Shown: positions 62,283 through 64,000 of the stretch, in pieces | How positions within the stretch are numbered: the stretch's first letter is position 1 | Layout: every line of letters starts with the position of its first letter | NCBI GenBank assembly: GCA_014905635.1 | Contig: JABVCE010000028.1 | Span: 124,001-188,000, forward strand | Direction: 5' to 3' | DNA length: 64,000 nt | DNA from: Scenedesmus sp. PABB004 | Lineage: Eukaryota | Notes under the pieces: generated by a model | Told to the model about the DNA's origin: nothing | Seen by the model: the letters and a program-made list of their open reading frames with translations, nothing else | The model's database searches: none | Program-made: the position numbers and the translations under genes

Positions 62283-62511
62283 TTTCCCGCGCTGGCGCGT
62301 GCGCCCCAGCTCGCGAGCTCCACGCGGAGCTTCTCACGGAGCTTCGAACCTCTACGATGAGCTCACGACATGCCTGACGGCTCCCGCCTGACCGTGACGC
62401 TCCAGCTGCTGGCCTCCGAGCTCGCACCCGCGCCCGCCGCGGTCGGCCTGCAGAGCGCGCATGTGCGGGCGCCCACGCTTGAGCAGGCGTTCGTGGGGCG
62501 GTGCTGCCGCG

Positions 62512-64000
62512 ATGGCGGTCGCGGGTCGCCGTTGCTGCGGCTGCTGCCATCGAATGGCGGGCCTGCTGCTGGCCGTCTCGGTGCTCCTTCTGGCCGGCGC
62601 GCAGCTGGCCGAAAGCTCCTGCTCGGGCACAACGACCACGGCTTCCCTGATCGGCGACGCCGAGCTGGCCGTCAAGATTGGCCAAATGCTGCCAGGTGGT
62701 TGCCCGCAGCTGCGGCGATCGCCGGCCAGGGCCCCCCAGGCCGCGGCGCGCTGCTCGGCCGACAGCTTTGCTCGACCTGAGCAGCTCCGGCGGTCAGCGG
62801 CGGCCGCGGCGGCGCCCCGCCCCCGCGCGCCCACCCCCTGCTCGTGCCCCGCCGCCCCACAGGCGCGCACCGCCGCATCAGCGCGGCGGACCTGCCGGCG
62901 GCGCGACCGCCGCCGCCGGCGGGCGGGTGGGCCATGTGCGACTGGGACTGCGCGAGCAGCGTGGAGGTCAAGTCCAGCGAGCGCGGCGAGACGCGGGGCG
63001 GCGCGTTCACGGTCGACGTCACGTGAGCGCGCGGCGGCCGGCCGTCGCGGGGGCGTGCGCGCGTGCGTGCGTGCGCCGCGCCGACCCGCCCCTCCGGCCG
63101 CAGGTTTAAGCCGTTGAAAGGCGTGACCGCGGACGCGATGGTGTGGCTGCTGCGCAACCTCCACCGCGACGCGGTGTCGCCGCTCGACGGGCGCAGCTAT
63201 CCCATGTACCTGCTGTTCCACGGCGTGGACCACCTCCACCACGAGGCGACCCCCGCCGACGACGTGCGCGTCGGCACGGTCTTCACCTGGTGCGGCGGCG
63301 CGGCACCGCGCGCGGCGCGGGCGCGCGGCGGGCGCGAGCTCAGCGGGCGCGCGGCGCCGCCCAGCGCCTCTTGTCTTCCTGCACGTGCGCGCGCGCGCGG
63401 CGCCGGCCGCCCACCGCGGCGGCCGCGCAGGTGCGAGATGCCGCTGACCGGCTGCACCTACAACCGCTCGTCCGCGGCCGAGCCCTGGACCTGCCCCCGC
63501 GAGCGAGGGCGGGGCTTCGTCGCCGGCGACCCCGCGTCCGCGTGGGCCAACCGCTTCCACACGCGGGTCAACATGACGGTCACGCGGTTTGACCGCGGCA
63601 GCATCGAGTTTGTGTCGCGCGAGACCAACCCCTTCTTCGGCCCGCCCGGCACCGACGCCGCGACGCGCGTCGTCGCGACGACGCGCCACACCTGGTCCGA
63701 CTCGCCCGACGGCCTGCGCCTGCGCAGCCAGCAGTGGGTTGGCCTCATGGCGCCGGGGAGCAACACCGAGTTTGACACCTCGCCCATCGCGCCCGTGACC
63801 AACCTCATCATCAAGAACGAGTACCTCGACGCCGCGGGTGCGCCGGACCGCGCCGCTGCCGGCCGGACGCGCGCGCGCGCGGCGGCCGGGCTGGCGGGAG
63901 ACCGGCTGGGCGGGCGGCGGGCAGCACGCGCATCTGGCGGCGCAGCCCGGGCCTGCTGAGCGTCTGCCGCGTCCGCCCCTCACGCGCCCGCGCCGCGCCG
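62512..64000 (+). CDS. Secreted PhlG-like protein, paralog C (3' end truncated by the window)
   Basis: Signal MAGLLLAVSVLLLAGAQLA (ATG at 62512 or 62554); CDWDCA; LKGVTADAMVWLLRN; YPMYLLFHGVDH; VFTW/CEMPLTGC; TTRHTWSDSPDGLRLRSQQWVG. Confidence 0.75.

Noticed and set aside
1..64000. Hundreds of long overlapping Arg/Ala/Pro/Gly-rich ORFs in the six-frame track (e.g. 9881-12949, 40487-42658, 57422-59794)
   Set aside because: Stop codons are rare at this GC content; these are antisense or off-frame shadows of spliced genes with no recognisable motifs.
1..64000. Prokaryotic (actinobacterial-like) origin suggested by the high GC
   Set aside because: Spliceosomal introns interrupt conserved motifs throughout, and MED12, ATG6 and DYRKP are eukaryote-specific.
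1..64000. Transposons, tRNA or rRNA genes
   Set aside because: No transposase/RT motifs, terminal repeats with target-site duplications, or structural RNA signatures were recognised by eye; small ncRNAs cannot be excluded.

Overview
This is eukaryotic nuclear DNA of extreme GC content (roughly 80% by eye), most consistent with a chlorophycean green alga (Sphaeropleales-like; an inference from gene content, intron style and RRLL-type secretory motifs). Most long ORFs in the supplied track are GC-bias artefacts. Splicing by hand gives about 20 tightly packed, intron-rich genes. In order: a non-RD receptor-like TKL kinase, MED12, a ZNF830-like protein, a degenerate DOMON/cytochrome b561, an LMW-PTP pseudophosphatase, an OMS1-like methyltransferase, a GT10 fucosyltransferase, a BAH protein with a nearby AT-hook ORF, an ABCI-type ATPase, a plastid cyclophilin, a Tat-targeted lumen protein, an ABCG7-like transporter, ATG6/Beclin, fumarase, a secreted Cys-rich/LRR protein and DYRKP. 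Three features stand out. (1) Three intron-containing, signal-peptide-bearing paralogs carry the motifs and Zn ligands of the bacterial DAPG/phloretin C-C hydrolase (PhlG) family. (2) One of them lies head-to-head with a secreted LysM-like + phospholipase A2 fusion, so 45-64 kb looks like a candidate extracellular antimicrobial/detoxification neighbourhood. (3) At least 20 introns have non-canonical GC-AG ends, always after an exonic AG. All gene models are manual and unconfirmed by RNA data; family assignments come from motif recognition, not database searches.
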